Positions 62,375 to 64,000 of a stretch of 64,000 nt of DNA are shown here, in pieces. Each line of letters starts with the position of its first letter. Positions within the stretch are counted from its first letter, which is position 1. The translations under genes and the position numbers were made by a program. The stretch lies in NCBI GenBank assembly GCA_023334545.1, contig JAADVB010000020.1, positions 62,001 through 126,000 on the forward strand, written 5' to 3'. Origin of the DNA: Salisapilia sapeloensis CBS 127946. Lineage: Eukaryota > Protista > Oomycota. The notes beneath the pieces were generated by a model, which saw only the letters and a program-made list of their open reading frames with translations, did not search any database and was not told the origin of the DNA.

Positions 62375-64000
62375 TTACGTTCGACGCATGTGCACTTGCC
62401 CATCTTGTACATTCGCTTCCACACCGTTTCGTTCTAGCACGTCTTCAGACGTTGAATCCATGCCTTGGGGCTTCAGTGCGCTAATGTACGCTTGATTCTC
62501 TTCATTCCCTTCGCACAAGTGACGCAAGGCAACGAGCGACCACTCTCGAATGAGCGGATTGTTATCATCGATATTGCAGTGGTTTAGGAAAAGAGGCAGA
62601 TAGCCTTCGTCTCGTACGAGATCTTGGTGATCGCGGTGACGAAAGACCAAGTTTCCACATGCGCGGATGATGGACGATCGATACCCTTGTGGCTCATGCT
62701 TGCTCAAGACAGTCATACCAGCTCGTAAGGTTGATCCAGTTGATGCTTCGTCCCGACCTTCCAGCCACACACGTTGTAGCTCCTGTAGAAGCGATCGCAA
62801 TGCTTCAGTTCCGATGGATGAAAGAACAAAGTGAGAGTCGAGAGAGAAGTCTCCGATGCAATCTAAAAGCAGAAGCTTGGCAGCGTTTTCCAACTGCTGC
62901 CACATCTCTTTCCGACCTTCTTCCACATCATCCGGACGATCTTCATTGTCTGCAATTGTAATCGCTTTCCATGTTTTCAAGACAAATTCGATATTAGTGT
63001 CTGATCGTCCTTTAGATCCAGACGATGTGATGTACGTGGTGAAAATACGAAGTAGAATGAGCTGTTCAGGTGTCACACGACTCCAGAGGCGACTTAGTAG
63101 ATGCGCTCCAACAGCGTTAAACATCTTGTCGATATGTTCGCTGTGAAATAAGCAATGGAAAAGTGCTGATAGCCATTCGAATGCCGGATCGTCCTCATCG
63201 ATCTCAGATGAAGACGGCATTTGTGAATGCTGCGTATTCGATTGCACGAGGAAGCGTTGGAGAAGTGTGACGACAATGTTACGATGGCAAACCTGTCACC
63301 ACATATGGTAAGTCTAGGAGAGTACATGGAGAAGATGATGGTTGTACTAGTTCAAGGCATCGTTCACTCGCTTCATCCGTATTACTACTGACGCAATTGA
63401 GCAATAGAGCGGCTGTAAAGGCAATGACTTTGCGTTGTTCATGGCATTCTACCAGTAGTTTCTAAACATACTGTCAGGGCATGTTAATAAGGCCGGTAAG
63501 AGGTAGCATACTTCACAATCGTTTGGAAAGAACAAGCGCCATACGACTTTCTGATTCTCCTCGCATCCTGTGATCATGTTGACTCCACTTTGGAGTGCGA
63601 CTTGACCTAATAGAACGACAGAACTGCTTCTCATAAGTCAACGACGGACTTATACAATAAGTATTGACATACCTCTTTATGCTATTCTCTTCCACGTCCA
63701 TCCAAAGGCACACTTTGGTAATCATAGCATGGATCTAGACACGAGTGATAAGTACATTTATCTATAACAAAAGTGTACATGTAGGTATCTACCTTTGGTA
63801 ACAGGTCATGCGATCGACATAGCTGTTGGTTTCGTGGACATGCAGCACAGGCATTCCGAAGAAATCGAAACGCACTTGTAGCAGCACTTGCATACGCTTT
63901 CACTAGCTCTTCGCTACCTTCTTCGATCGTAGGACGTGGAATATCGCTCTGCTCGACGGTCAGAGCCTCAGATTCATTCGCATTTTTGGCTACATTGAAC
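62375..64000 (-). CDS. ATXN10: Ataxin-10 homologue, 5' end beyond the window, multi-exon
   Basis: FLNHCNIDDNNPLIREWSLVALRHLCEGNEENQ (ataxin-10 domain); upstream exons near 63506-63610 and 63795-64000 (FRFLRNACA). Confidence 0.88.

Overview
Gene-dense (about 33 protein-coding genes plus one tRNA), intron-containing eukaryotic DNA. The gene families point to an oomycete core-genome segment: MEF2-type MADS box, SWEET, BT1, TKL kinase, PX, START-like, IQ/B-box/p25alpha. Introns are short (mostly about 47-90 nt) GT-AG, so many real genes are split across several ORF-track entries. One gene (18747-19169) appears in the track only as a mis-terminated, intron-read-through ORF. I found no transposon, CRISPR, rRNA or RXLR/CRN effector. 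Housekeeping genes: IDH, IMPDH, RPL35, BRX1, RRP42, MTRR, OTU1, RAD51B-like, ataxin-10. Regulators: MADS, tandem PC4, bHLH, CBP/p300. The strongest leads are: (1) a two-repeat (2x6TM) voltage-gated channel with bacterial-Nav/EukCat-like pores and C-terminal EF-hands, head-to-head with a TKL kinase that has an adenylyl-cyclase-like membrane anchor; (2) a three-exon 97-aa mitochondrial precursor with a KANxGKRP motif resembling actinobacterial ribosomal protein bL37; (3) MEF2/CArG-like sites at the MADS gene and in front of putative zoospore/flagellar signalling genes; (4) a tandem pair of membrane-anchored double-TRP14 thioredoxins 70 bp apart; (5) a bacterial-type trans-aconitate methyltransferase with an intron, an L/F-transferase-like enzyme, a degenerate UPRTase and a DAP12-like micro membrane protein. 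All domain calls come from motif recognition by eye; no database search was run.
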